Below, one piece after another: positions 1 through 10,419 of a stretch of 64,000 nucleotides of DNA. How positions within the stretch are numbered: the first letter of the stretch is position 1; the number at the start of each line of letters is the position of its first letter. The notes beneath the pieces are model-generated. The model saw nothing but the letters and a program-made list of their open reading frames with translations, did not search any database and was not told the origin of the DNA. This DNA comes from Promethearchaeota archaeon (GTDB lineage: Archaea; Asgardarchaeota; Lokiarchaeia; Sigyniarchaeales; SOKP01): NCBI GenBank assembly GCA_019058445.1, contig JAHPZA010000010.1, positions 512,001 to 576,000 of the forward strand. The letters are read 5' to 3'. The position numbers were made by a program, and so were the translations under genes.

Positions 1-852
1 TATATCAATACTCCTTTTGATATTCCCCATACAGAGGTCAATAAAGAATTTATAGCAGTTGCAGGGGAAAATCATCGTAAGGCAACGTGGGCAGGAATAT
101 CTGGAGAGTTGTTCTATAGATTTAAGGGAGGTCCAGATTCTTCTTTAATAACAAATAAGTGGTTAAGAGACAATATCCGGAAGGATCATGGTCCCTTAGG
201 TAAAGTTTATCCAAGAACGTTATTTGCAATGGAAACAGATACACAGACGTATCTGTGGCTTATTCCCAACGGCTTAAGAAGCATTCAGAGCCCTACTTTT
301 GGAGGGTGGGGCGGAAGATATGAACTCCGTCAACCTAATAGAGAAAAAAGACCAATTTTTACGGATTCCTGGGATGAGGTAGTGGTTGGAGATGGTCCAG
401 GAGAACTTAAAGGGGATGTTCCTGGAGTATATCGCTCGAATCAGGCGACAATTTGGCGCTGGAGGGAGGGGTATCAGCATGACTTTGCCGCACGCATAGA
501 CTGGGCAGCTACATCGAATTATAACAAAATAAACCATCCTCCTAAAGTTGTTGTTAAAGGTGATTTGGACAAAGAAGTAAATGGGAATGATATCATTCAA
601 TTGGATGCTACTGAAAGTTCAGATCCCGATGGGGATGACCTTCATTTCCACTGGTTCTATTATAAGGAGGCAGGAACCTATTCAGGTGATGTAAAGATTC
701 GAGAGCCCTTTAAAGCGAAAACTACGATATCATTTGAAAATACCAAAAAGTCAGGTCTCGTTCACATCATTTTAGATGTGAAAGATAATGGTAAACCATG
801 CCTTCACAGATATGCACGTTTTATTTTATTAGTTGAGGAGAGTAAAATATAA
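1..852 (+). CDS. DUF1593 / nucleoside-hydrolase-like protein with C-terminal Ig/PKD-like domain (5' partial)
   Basis: Frame is open from base 1; motifs GGWGGRY, TIWRWR..YQHDFAARIDW, NHPP, LDA..SSDPDGD.L.F.W. Confidence 0.75.
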   Translation, partial: YINTPFDIPHTEVNKEFIAVAGENHRKATWAGISGELFYRFKGGPDSSLITNKWLRDNIRKDHGPLGKVYPRTLFAMETDTQTYLWLIPNGLRSIQSPTFGGWGGRYELRQPNREKRPIFTDSWDEVVVGDGPGELKGDVPGVYRSNQATIWRWREGYQHDFAARIDWAATSNYNKINHPPKVVVKGDLDKEVNGNDIIQLDATESSDPDGDDLHFHWFYYKEAGTYSGDVKIREPFKAKTTISFENTKKSGLVHIILDVKDNGKPCLHRYARFILLVEESKI

Positions 853-904
853 TTTAACTTATTCCAAAATAAATGTGATGAATAGAAAAGGAGAGAAAAT
901 TTAA

Positions 905-2236
905 TTAAGTACCTTTTGCCAAATCTCTACGCATTAATTTAATTTTCTTTTTGAGATCAACTAATTCGTTATCCTTTTCATCTAGTTTTGTTTCAAGTTT
1001 TAAACTTTCATCTTTAGCTTTTTGTAAATCATTCAATATTTTATCTTCAATTCTTTCTGACTCATATAATTTTTTGCTTAGTTCATCATTTTTTTGGTTT
1101 AGCGAATCTATCTCAGAATCTTTTTCTTGTATCATTTTGTCTTTTTCATTCAATTGAATATCAAATTGAGCTGAACCTTTCTGAGTATTATCAAGTTTCT
1201 CTTCAATATGGCGGATTAACTCTTCATTTGCAATTAGTTTTTGGGTTTTTTCTTCAATTTCAATAGCCAATGATTTAATTCGTTCTTCTTTTTTTTCTAA
1301 GTCCTTTTTTAATAGATTAAAAGTTTCTAATTGCTGCTGCAGATCAGCAATTTTTTGATTTGCTGAAGTCAGATTTTTTTCATTTTCAAAAATAGCTTTT
1401 TCTTTCTCTGTGATAATTTCATCTTTTTTCTCTAATAATAGCTGGGTCTTATCGAATTTAGATTTTTGAACCGTATCCTTTTCGAGATAACTAATTTGTT
1501 CTTCTAAAGTTCTAATTTTTTTCGCTTTTTCTTCTAATTGCTTAATTAAGTTTTCATTTTCAACTTTATTTTGATTAATTTGAGTGGTTAAATCTTCAAT
1601 TTTTTGATTTTGATTAGTTATAGTTATATTTAAATTTTCAAGTTGAGCAATATGATCTTCCATAACCTTAATTTTATTATCTTTTTCCTGAAGTGATGAG
1701 TATATCTCTTGGATATATTTTTGCTTATCTTCAACTGAAATACTTAACTCCTCAATTTTATGAGATTGTTCATTTATTAAAGAAGTCAAATTCATTATTT
1801 CTTCATCCTTGTGCTTTATGATTTCATTTAATTCATGGATGGCTTGAACCTGAGCTCCACTTGCCTCGTTACTTTTTGAGTAATTTTGAATTTCATTTTC
1901 TAATTGTTGAATTCTTACATTCCTTTCAGCTATAACTTTATCTTTATCTTTTAAAATTTCAATATTAGCCTCTCTATGATCCTTTAAATTCCTCTTAATT
2001 TCCTCGATTTCACCTTGCAAATTTGTGTTTTTTGTCTCTAACGCTTCCTTCTCTTTAAGAACGTCATTTATTTGATCAGTTAACTTCTCATTTTGCTCAG
2101 TTAATAAATTGAGCTGTTCTTGAAGAGGTTTTTCGGATTTAATTTGTTCTCCTTTGTCCTTTTCTTCTTCAACCCATCCTAGGGCAGAGAGTGCTTCAGT
2201 GATAGATTTTTCCTCACTTTCACGGTCATCTGGCAA
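905..2236 (-). CDS. Long coiled-coil protein, function unknown
   Basis: 443 aa E/K/Q/L-rich heptad pattern throughout; no ATPase motif; TTG start after GAGG. Confidence 0.7.
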   Translation of the reverse strand: MPDDRESEEKSITEALSALGWVEEEKDKGEQIKSEKPLQEQLNLLTEQNEKLTDQINDVLKEKEALETKNTNLQGEIEEIKRNLKDHREANIEILKDKDKVIAERNVRIQQLENEIQNYSKSNEASGAQVQAIHELNEIIKHKDEEIMNLTSLINEQSHKIEELSISVEDKQKYIQEIYSSLQEKDNKIKVMEDHIAQLENLNITITNQNQKIEDLTTQINQNKVENENLIKQLEEKAKKIRTLEEQISYLEKDTVQKSKFDKTQLLLEKKDEIITEKEKAIFENEKNLTSANQKIADLQQQLETFNLLKKDLEKKEERIKSLAIEIEEKTQKLIANEELIRHIEEKLDNTQKGSAQFDIQLNEKDKMIQEKDSEIDSLNQKNDELSKKLYESERIEDKILNDLQKAKDESLKLETKLDEKDNELVDLKKKIKLMRRDLAKGT

Positions 2237-2461
2237 ATTTATATCCTCTCTTTTAACACTATATTCTTAACAAATAATTACAATTGATTATATCGTAATT
2301 AAATCTATTAAATTTTTTCATTCTTATTTGTAATTTACACCTAAAAAGTCATAATTTACGAATGAGAATCTTTCTACTCATCATCTAATTTGAATTTTAC
2401 TTCTAATATATCTTTCTTTATTTGTTTGAGCTCTTTATATTCACATTTCTTGTTTATTTAG

Positions 2462-2956
2462 CTATTTTAGTATAAAAACGTACTTGCGATCTAATAGGAA
2501 TTTAGTTAAGTAACCACAAGATAAGGCTACCACCATACTTATTTCTAATGGAGTGTGTAAGAAATTAGTCATTAGAAACTGTATCCCTATATTCTCAATA
2601 GTAGTAATAATAGCAAAAAAGAAATATTTAAAGAACTCCTCCGAAGTTTCTTTTAATTGAAACGCAGTACTTTTAAAAACTATAAACTTATCTAATATGA
2701 ACTTTACGAGGTATGTTACTCCTACGGCAACGATCGAACCAATCAATTCAGGCATATTATATGGACTAGTTGAACAATAAAAATTTTGAATAAAATCAAT
2801 ATCACTAAAATTTTGACAAATAATTGGAGCAAAATACAATTGATTTGATTTTTGAATTAAGTAATTTAAGCAAATCATAGCTATAGCAAATGAAAAGTAG
2901 AGAATCATTTGCTTTTTAATATTTTCATGATTTTCAATATCTTTGTTTTCTTGCAT
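2462..2956 (-). CDS. GtrA-like membrane protein
   Basis: Four hydrophobic segments; repeated KF.LD(K/R).(I/Y)VF helix ends. Confidence 0.7.
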   Translation of the reverse strand: MQENKDIENHENIKKQMILYFSFAIAMICLNYLIQKSNQLYFAPIICQNFSDIDFIQNFYCSTSPYNMPELIGSIVAVGVTYLVKFILDKFIVFKSTAFQLKETSEEFFKYFFFAIITTIENIGIQFLMTNFLHTPLEISMVVALSCGYLTKFLLDRKYVFILK

Positions 2957-2959
2957 ATT

Positions 2960-3262
2960 TTACCTCATTTCATCATTATTTAGCTTAGCACCACAATGAT
3001 AGCAAAATTTAGCAACTGATTCTTTGATTTCGCCTCCGCATACAGGACACTTTCTTAAAGTTTGAACATACGGTTCATAAAGAGATTGCTGTGTAGCGTA
3101 GGGCCGGCTTCTCTTTTTAAATAAAAATGGTAACCAACAGATTATGGGCAAAAAGAAAAAAGGAATTGCATACCATACATTAAGTATTAAGGATAATACC
3201 AAAAAAAAGATAGTTATTATAATAAATATAATGTTAATGAGTATAATTCGTCTTCTATTCAT
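2960..3262 (-). CDS. Small membrane protein with C-terminal zinc ribbon
   Basis: Two N-terminal TM segments; CPVCG..AKFCYHCG. Confidence 0.75.
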   Translation of the reverse strand: MNRRRIILINIIFIIITIFFLVLSLILNVWYAIPFFFLPIICWLPFLFKKRSRPYATQQSLYEPYVQTLRKCPVCGGEIKESVAKFCYHCGAKLNNDEMR

Positions 3263-3292
3263 TTTTATAGCTTTTACTTCTGTAATTCTTAA

Positions 3293-3919
3293 TTATTCAT
3301 CTTTTATTTTATCTTTCCAAGATTCAGTTTGCTCATTCTCATCTGGTTCTTGAGCTTCCATATCAACAAGAGGAAGTGTTTGAGAATCAGAATTTTCTAA
3401 GGTTGTATCTTGGATTGGGCTTGATACATGAAATGGTCCCATTCCTTGTTGAGTCCCTCCTAAAGAGCCCATAAGATCTCTAAATTGGTCTTTCTTGGAT
3501 TCTTTTCCAGTGAGTTTCAAAACCAATTTCCTTATTCCAAACGCTAATAAGGAAAATCCTAAAGAAAAGCCAAAATAAACCCAAAACCAGTATTCATACA
3601 TTCCAAATTGAAAAGAGAGTAAAGCAAATATCCCCAAAAATATAACGCATCTAATAGCCATAGGAGCTAATTGCTTTTTTAACATAGTTTTCATTAATTG
3701 CATTGTTTCTTGCTGCAATTGAAGCATAAGAGTTTGATCTCCTAAAATTTGAGCCTGTCGTAATCGTTGTTGAAGATTTCGTGCATCATCCCTTATTTTT
3801 TTCATCACGTCTGGTTTTAAACCAAGTATCCAATTCAAGATATATCCAAATAAGACTAATCCAATGGAAATCCACATTAATTGAAAAATGATATCCGTTG
3901 TTAGTGGTTCAAGAGCCAT
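3293..3919 (-). CDS. EMC3/TMCO1 (DUF106, Oxa1 superfamily)-like membrane protein
   Basis: TM1, cytoplasmic coiled coil rich in Q/M (LQLQQETMQLMKTMLKKQLAPM), two further TMs with WFWVYF. Confidence 0.65.
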   Translation of the reverse strand: MALEPLTTDIIFQLMWISIGLVLFGYILNWILGLKPDVMKKIRDDARNLQQRLRQAQILGDQTLMLQLQQETMQLMKTMLKKQLAPMAIRCVIFLGIFALLSFQFGMYEYWFWVYFGFSLGFSLLAFGIRKLVLKLTGKESKKDQFRDLMGSLGGTQQGMGPFHVSSPIQDTTLENSDSQTLPLVDMEAQEPDENEQTESWKDKIKDE

Positions 3920-4033
3920 AATAAAATCACTATATTAAAGAAATTAGTATAAAATAATAATTTTTGTATAAAGTACTACCAGAACTTAAGATTTTAAGCT
4001 AAACGTATTGCTTTCTATTAACTGTATCATGAT

Positions 4034-5059
4034 TTATCTTAAGTTTCCTGATAAGTAGCCCATTAAATATTTGGAATAAAGAGTTTTAAATTTAGTAGGT
4101 ATTGAAGCCATTATAGCACACCCTAACCGGCATCCGTCACAAAAATCAAAATTATCATGATTTTTCATGATTTCTGTTACTTCTTCACTATTATAGACAT
4201 TGGAAAGCGTATGATTAAACGGATTAAAGCTTAATATTGGATGAATTTTACATGGATAATCTATGTCCCCATTATGCCTAATAAACATATATGTTTCAGC
4301 GACATGGCAACGCAGAATTTTTTGATGCTTTGGAACTCCACCAAACCCCCCTTTTTCTACAATCTCAATACTTACAGGATCAGTTAAGATATTTCTAAAT
4401 TTGGTTCTCAACTCTCGGATCTTATTTGCCCAAATAGACAGATCTGGAATTAATTCTTGTATATGTTCTACTCGATAACTCTCTCCTGAAATGTCCCAAA
4501 CGATATCTTCTGCGGGATATAATTCTACAGAACACGCTAACTTTTCTGCTAATTCACAGATATTTTCTAATAAATGTAGATTATCTTTCATTACTACGGT
4601 GCTTATAATGACTTTGATATCTTTTTTGTTAGCTATGTTAATGGATTCAATAACTTTATCGAATACTTTAATTCCCCTTGATTTGTTATGCATTTCTGCT
4701 GTTGGATAATCTAGTGATGTTAATATAAAGTCTAATCCTTCCAATTTTGGTAATATTTTTGGAAGTAAATAGCCATTAGAAGTGATTCCATTAATAAAAT
4801 TATGCTCAACTCCCATATGATAGACTATTTCAGGGAGATCTTTTCTCAATGTAGGCTCACCTCCAGTTATGGAGAGGGTATTTACTCCGATTTCAGCCAA
4901 TTGATCTATTAGATTTTTTATCTGTACTGTATTCATCTCATTGTGTATATATGATTCTGGTAGGGAACTTACAGTACAAAATGAGCAATAAGCGTTACAC
5001 CTTAGAGTGATCTCAATTTGGGCTGAATACGGTGTTTTTCTACTTGAAATGTGATTCAA
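4034..5059 (-). CDS. Radical SAM protein with C-terminal SPASM/twitch-like Cys cluster
   Basis: CNAYCSFC, TGGEP, C-terminal C..PC..CDGCRLGC; frame stays open about 25 codons upstream of the TTG. Confidence 0.85.
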   Translation of the reverse strand: MNHISSRKTPYSAQIEITLRCNAYCSFCTVSSLPESYIHNEMNTVQIKNLIDQLAEIGVNTLSITGGEPTLRKDLPEIVYHMGVEHNFINGITSNGYLLPKILPKLEGLDFILTSLDYPTAEMHNKSRGIKVFDKVIESINIANKKDIKVIISTVVMKDNLHLLENICELAEKLACSVELYPAEDIVWDISGESYRVEHIQELIPDLSIWANKIRELRTKFRNILTDPVSIEIVEKGGFGGVPKHQKILRCHVAETYMFIRHNGDIDYPCKIHPILSFNPFNHTLSNVYNSEEVTEIMKNHDNFDFCDGCRLGCAIMASIPTKFKTLYSKYLMGYLSGNLR

Positions 5060-5308
5060 TAAGTAGGTTCTTAAGTATTGTAAGTAAGTTTTTAACCGAA
5101 TATGTGGAATATGATAACACCGTACTTTTTTGAATTAAGATAATTTAGTCTGTTAAATTTAAAAAATTTTATTTGAGAGGTATTAAAAAAATTGCTATTA
5201 AACTACTTAAATATAATTTTAATATATTATTCTTAGAATTTGATAAAAGATTATTAGTAAAAAAGGAAAAAAAAGAAAATAAATTTAACCTAGAGTGCTT
5301 TAAAAGCC

Positions 5309-5656
5309 TTAAGATTCATTTCCACAACTTTTACATATATAGCGTTTAGCATAAATCTTGATTCCTCCCATCTGGTGGAGGACATTGCTCTTATCTTCCT
5401 CTGTCTTGAAAGCTGTACCACCGCATTTTGTACATACTCTTCTCCCCTCTACAGGTGGCTTTTCTTTCATTTTTTCTTCTTCCTCTTGTTTTTCAACAAG
5501 AGCTGAAGGTTTAACAGTAGAAGCTGCTGATGCTGTACTTGTAGCAGCGGGTGTTGGTTGAGGAGCAGGCGCTTTACTTCCCATCTCCAGGACTTTATCA
5601 AGCTTTTGATCTATTTTTTTTAACATTTCTATTACTTTTTCTTCGAACTCTGACAA
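5309..5656 (-). CDS. Small protein: N-terminal helix, Pro/Ala/Ser linker, C-terminal zinc ribbon
   Basis: CTKCG...CKSCG; TTG start with GAGGAG upstream. Confidence 0.75.
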   Translation of the reverse strand: MSEFEEKVIEMLKKIDQKLDKVLEMGSKAPAPQPTPAATSTASAASTVKPSALVEKQEEEEKMKEKPPVEGRRVCTKCGGTAFKTEEDKSNVLHQMGGIKIYAKRYICKSCGNES

Positions 5657-5887
5657 AATTAGTCTCCTCTTTTTTTTAAGAATTTTGTTTCTAAAAAAGA
5701 AGTAATAGAAGTTTTTTAAAAATTTAAGTAAAAAGAAAAATGGGATTTTGTGAATTAAATAAGAGAATATAATTTAGAAAACCACAAAGAACGCATTAAA
5801 ACATTAAAGATATAAATAGTGAGAAAACAAACTTTATTTAATATCAATTTAAATGTTTAAACTATAATAAAATGGAGTAAAAACACA

Positions 5888-6547
5888 ATGTTTTTAATGA
5901 CTGAAGCATCAGGAAAAGCGCTTAGTGGTTTAAGGGATCTGACCATGTTAAAATGGTATTGGATTCCTTTAATGGTGATTGTAATGTATATCTATGCCAA
6001 TGAGATGAAGAAAGCGAGAGAATCAGGGGACTGGAATGCTATATATTCCGGATTGACCGTATTTGGACTGGATTTTTTCAATGAGACATGGAACGGATGG
6101 GTATTTGCCATTACACAACACTCTGCGTTTTGGACAACGCCAGGAGATACCGCATTTCGCGTAATGGTTGGTTGGAATATTGAAATAATCTTTATGTTTC
6201 TAATAGCAGGTATTGTTTTCTATAATATGCTAGATGAAGACAAAGATAAAAAGATGTTTGGATTACCTAATCGCTGGGCAATGGCTATCGGATTTGCTGC
6301 ATTTGCTGTGTTCATCGAATGCATATTAAACATAGGTGGTCATCTTGTGTGGGAATATCCATGGTGGAATCTTTCTATTATGGGAATATGGTTAATTTTT
6401 ATTATCGGTTATTTCTTCTTTTTTGCAGGCGCTGTTATAGTTATTAATATGGATGAAGACAAGCATAAAAAGATAGCACTAGCTATTATTTATGCAGTAC
6501 CAATCATTATGAATATTATAGCACTTGGTCTTGGTTTGCATTATTAA
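5888..6547 (+). CDS. Conserved-looking polytopic membrane protein, function unknown
   Basis: About six TM segments, Trp-rich motifs (DFFNETWNGW, GWNIEI, VWEYPWW); GGAG upstream. Confidence 0.75.
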   Translation: MFLMTEASGKALSGLRDLTMLKWYWIPLMVIVMYIYANEMKKARESGDWNAIYSGLTVFGLDFFNETWNGWVFAITQHSAFWTTPGDTAFRVMVGWNIEIIFMFLIAGIVFYNMLDEDKDKKMFGLPNRWAMAIGFAAFAVFIECILNIGGHLVWEYPWWNLSIMGIWLIFIIGYFFFFAGAVIVINMDEDKHKKIALAIIYAVPIIMNIIALGLGLHY

Positions 6548-6573
6548 AATTTTATAAATATTATAAAAAAATC

Positions 6574-6616
6574 AGGGTGAAGGAGATATTATTCACCTTT
6601 TCTTTTTTTCTTTTTC
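6574..6616 (+). terminator. Hairpin plus T-tract, putative terminator
   Basis: GGTGAA-N10-TTCACC stem followed by a long T-rich run just after the 5888-6547 stop. Confidence 0.5.
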
Positions 6617-6674
6617 TAATAATTTTTTTTTTGATCAACAAAATTATAAAAATAAACAGAATAAATGATTAACT

Positions 6675-7877
6675 ATGGCATTTAAAGGTCTTTTTCCGAA
6701 ATTACATCCCATTAAAGAATTGAAAAATTCTCGGTTAATGGAAATTGCTCCCGATGTTTGGGAAATAGAAGGTTATATTTCTACACAATTTTTTATAAAA
6801 CCTGCATCTAGTAATATTTTTATCTTTAAGGATAATGATGATGTCCTGTTACTAGATACTGGACTGTATCCTTATTATCGAAAAATAATTATTGATGTCC
6901 TCTCAAAATTTAAAAGCCAAGGGGCAAAAAATCTAACATTATTAGTATCCCAGGGTCATTTTGATCATGTAGCAAATAATGATGTTATATTAGAAGCTGG
7001 TTATGATAATGTGCGATTTTTACTGCCTAAAATTGAATTGGGAACAATTGATTTATTTAATCATTTTACTGGGGATTTTGAAGAACTTGAAAATTATTAT
7101 AATCCCTATTCGATGCTTCCATTGCCTGTAAAGATGGCGAGTAAGATTTCTATAAAATTCGCTCGATCATTAATAGTACGTATGACTAAAAAACTGTTTA
7201 ATGGTATTGAAACTCTGGTCGATAAAGCAGAACTTCTTTCAATGGATTCTCGAGTAACAAAAAAAATTGGAGAGGTTGAATTTATGGGATGGGATGTTGG
7301 TCGATTTTTTGCGATTCATGATGGTGCTCATAGCCCAGGTCATATTTCTTTATATGATCCTAAAAATAAACTGTTAATGACTGGTGATTCTACTATTGAG
7401 ATTAATCCCCCCTTTTTCAATAGTAGGTTAGTAAAATGTATAGAGCTCATGGAAAAGTTTCGCAAAATAGCAGAACAGGGTTATGTTAATATTGCAATTG
7501 ATTCCCATCACAGCTCTACCTATTTTAGAAAAATTTTTGATAAATTTAATATCGATCCTTTACATCCTATTCAAATTGCAGATCTAGCTCATGGTAAAGA
7601 TGAATGTGTAGCATATTTTACTATGTTTGAAAATTATTATAGAGATTTGAAAGATGAAATACTCGCAGCACTTTCAAACCTAAAAGAAGCAACAATTCCC
7701 GAATTAGTGAAGGAATTCAAGAAATCTGACAATGAAGCTGTGAAAATGAAAATAGCTATGAAATTTCCAAATTTTCCCTCTCGCTTAGATGTGCTAATTG
7801 CTGTAGTATTAGATGAACTCAAAGTGCCGTATAGAAGAAAAGGTAAAAAAGTAATATTTACATCAATTAGTTCCTAA
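6675..7877 (+). CDS. MBL-fold metallo-hydrolase with C-terminal helical/wHTH-like extension
   Basis: LLDTG, SQGHFDHV (variant HxHxDH), HSPGH, TGD. Confidence 0.8.
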   Translation: MAFKGLFPKLHPIKELKNSRLMEIAPDVWEIEGYISTQFFIKPASSNIFIFKDNDDVLLLDTGLYPYYRKIIIDVLSKFKSQGAKNLTLLVSQGHFDHVANNDVILEAGYDNVRFLLPKIELGTIDLFNHFTGDFEELENYYNPYSMLPLPVKMASKISIKFARSLIVRMTKKLFNGIETLVDKAELLSMDSRVTKKIGEVEFMGWDVGRFFAIHDGAHSPGHISLYDPKNKLLMTGDSTIEINPPFFNSRLVKCIELMEKFRKIAEQGYVNIAIDSHHSSTYFRKIFDKFNIDPLHPIQIADLAHGKDECVAYFTMFENYYRDLKDEILAALSNLKEATIPELVKEFKKSDNEAVKMKIAMKFPNFPSRLDVLIAVVLDELKVPYRRKGKKVIFTSISS

Positions 7878-7940
7878 AAGAGGGATTTTGGAAGTTGATT
7901 TGTGTTTTAGGATTATAAAATGTAATCTACTATTTTTTTA

Positions 7941-10268
7941 TTAATTTCTTTGTTTTACTGGGTTTAAGACATTGAAAAAATCTCGTCTTACATTCACATT
8001 TGCTTGAAATTTAACAATAATCTTATTTCCTGAAAGAGTAGTGGCTAGAAAGTTTTTATAATTACTTCCGAATCTCGAGAATGAAATTATATCACCATCT
8101 TTTAACTTTGAATCCAATCTCGAAGCATCCTTGACCCTAAGATACATCCCGGGTTTTAAATCATTTAAATCATTAATATTATGAATACTAGAAAAGGAAT
8201 AAGAACCTGAATAATTTTCTACTATATAATCATATAATTGCTTTAAGGGTTTTTTTTCTAATTTGATTATCTCCCCTTTTAAGCCTCTTTTAGCAATAAG
8301 AAGCGCTGCAATCGCATGATCTACAAATCCTTTAGATCTTACTTCACTCACTAATTCACCTTTCTGCAGATGAAACAACGCTTCTTTAGTGGTTTTAAAC
8401 TCATCAACCAAGAAAATCTCGGCAGGAGCAAAACGATTCTTAGCATTTATGTCCGATTCCTCATATTCTTTAACAGTAGATAAGTCAGTTATTACACATG
8501 AGTTATCCTCACAGGGAATATTGAAAAATTCGATAAAAAAATCAATAATGAAATCTGAACCAGGTCCATTTCCAACAAAGATCTTATTAATTAAATCTCT
8601 TTCATTTCTTAAAAAACTCGTCAATTCCATATTTAATTGTCTTTTTAGGATATTATGGCTTCGAAGATTTTCTATATTGTTTTTCAGATTTACAAACCAT
8701 AGTGAAGGTAATTCACCTTTTTCAATTAAACAAAATCCGAAATGTCGAGTCCCAGGATCAACTGCGAGAATCACGTCATTCTGTTCGAATTTAAATAGAT
8801 GAATTTCAGCTCTTCCCTCAGATACTTTCATTAAAGAATTAAAAAAATTCTCGAAGTGATCATTCTTCACCTGCAAAAAAAAAGTATCTGTTTGGGATTG
8901 AAATAGAACCTCTATATTATATTTTTCAATTAAAGGAAACACATCAGTATAATTTTCTATTTTTATTATGATGTCTTGAGAAGGAACAATTTTGAGTATT
9001 TTTACCTTCTCAATTGCTTTTGCGATTGCTTGAGCGATATCGTCTTCATTTTTCCCTGAATATATGTCTACATGGAGCCCATCTAAATGAAATGCTTCGC
9101 AAGCAGCAGTGGCGGCTAAAATATCGTAAAGTTTCGTTACCTGATTATGTTCTCTTGATACTGTTAGTGCCTTTCTACATCTTGGAACAACACGGACAGA
9201 AGCAGATTTATGAGTTCCTTTACTGACTTTGTTAATAGTTATGATTCCTTTTATTTTTGAGCCAACCACTTTAAAGTCTATCAAGTCTTCAAGCCTTTCT
9301 TTAATAAATTCAAATTGTAAATCACCTACGACTAAGAGATTTATTATATTTCGTTCAGTATAATAATCGAATGGAATAATTCGTTTTAATTTTTCAAGAA
9401 TTTCTAAAGATAGTTTAAACTTATGAGAATCATTAATCTCAATAAAAAATTCCTTCCTTGGAAGAACCTCCGCCATTATACTTTTTATTTTTGGAGATAT
9501 AAACTTTCCATGATAATATTTAGTACCTAAACTGAATTTAGGATCAATATTTAGTAATAGTTGGACTATTTCTCCTTCAGAGGCTTGTTTAAGCGGTCTT
9601 CTCTTTAAGGAATAAATGGCCTTGGTTTTTACTTCGGAAGTTAGAGTCCTTTTAGATTCTAATTCTCCTGAAAGAATTCCAACATTAATTATATTTCCAA
9701 GTCCTTTCCTATATACATAACCTAGAATGATAAATGATAAATCTTCTTCTATTTTTTTCCTATGTGTTGTATAAATTGAGATTTTGGAAATTAATTCTTC
9801 AATCCCTATATTTTCTCTGGCAGAAGTTTGAATTATTGATATCGCGCGAGCATTAAGTTTTTCCAAATCTTTTTTTATTTTATCAACGTTCGCAGTTGGT
9901 TGGTCCATTTTTGTAGCTGCAATTATGATTGGTATATTCTTTTCCTTTGCTTTTTCAAAAAGCCAGAATGTTCTTGCTTGAAAACCCTCCGTGCCAGAAA
10001 CTACTAAAACTAATAAATCAGCAAATTCAAGCCCTAATGCCGGACTGGCTTTAAAATCGGAATGTCCAGCAGTATCGAGTAGATTTAACAAAAGTTTTGA
10101 TTTTTTTATTTCGAATTGAATTACTTTTAGACTTACAGTTGTTCCATGGGCTAGTTCAAAATCAAGATTATCAGGAAATTTACCTACAATTACCTCTATC
10201 AAAGAGCTTTTTCCTGCTTGGGCATGTCCTGCAAAAAGTACATTAAGGACTCTATACTTTTGTTCCAT
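7941..10268 (-). CDS. EF-G/EF-2-like translational GTPase fused to YqgF/Tex-like RNase H-fold domain
   Basis: G1 GHAQAGKS, G2 HGTTV, G3 DTAGH, G4 TKMD, G5 TSA; GDLQFEFIKERL; LMKVSEGRA; ILAVDPG..VGNG..VDE..VDHAIAALLI. Confidence 0.75.
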   Translation of the reverse strand: MEQKYRVLNVLFAGHAQAGKSSLIEVIVGKFPDNLDFELAHGTTVSLKVIQFEIKKSKLLLNLLDTAGHSDFKASPALGLEFADLLVLVVSGTEGFQARTFWLFEKAKEKNIPIIIAATKMDQPTANVDKIKKDLEKLNARAISIIQTSARENIGIEELISKISIYTTHRKKIEEDLSFIILGYVYRKGLGNIINVGILSGELESKRTLTSEVKTKAIYSLKRRPLKQASEGEIVQLLLNIDPKFSLGTKYYHGKFISPKIKSIMAEVLPRKEFFIEINDSHKFKLSLEILEKLKRIIPFDYYTERNIINLLVVGDLQFEFIKERLEDLIDFKVVGSKIKGIITINKVSKGTHKSASVRVVPRCRKALTVSREHNQVTKLYDILAATAACEAFHLDGLHVDIYSGKNEDDIAQAIAKAIEKVKILKIVPSQDIIIKIENYTDVFPLIEKYNIEVLFQSQTDTFFLQVKNDHFENFFNSLMKVSEGRAEIHLFKFEQNDVILAVDPGTRHFGFCLIEKGELPSLWFVNLKNNIENLRSHNILKRQLNMELTSFLRNERDLINKIFVGNGPGSDFIIDFFIEFFNIPCEDNSCVITDLSTVKEYEESDINAKNRFAPAEIFLVDEFKTTKEALFHLQKGELVSEVRSKGFVDHAIAALLIAKRGLKGEIIKLEKKPLKQLYDYIVENYSGSYSFSSIHNINDLNDLKPGMYLRVKDASRLDSKLKDGDIISFSRFGSNYKNFLATTLSGNKIIVKFQANVNVRRDFFNVLNPVKQRN

Positions 10269-10419
10269 TTTAATTATTAAAATGAAATATGAAATCTAAA
10301 AATATGTAATAATGTAATTTTGAAATTCAATACAAAATTATAAAGACAGTCATGCAATTTAAGATATAAGGAACGCTTTTTAATAATTGACGTTAAATGG
10401 GATATTGGAGTTCTATTAA

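Noticed and set aside
905-2236. SMC/Rad50 or ESCRT-III assignment
   Set aside because: No Walker motifs, hinge or Snf7 pattern; generic coiled coil only
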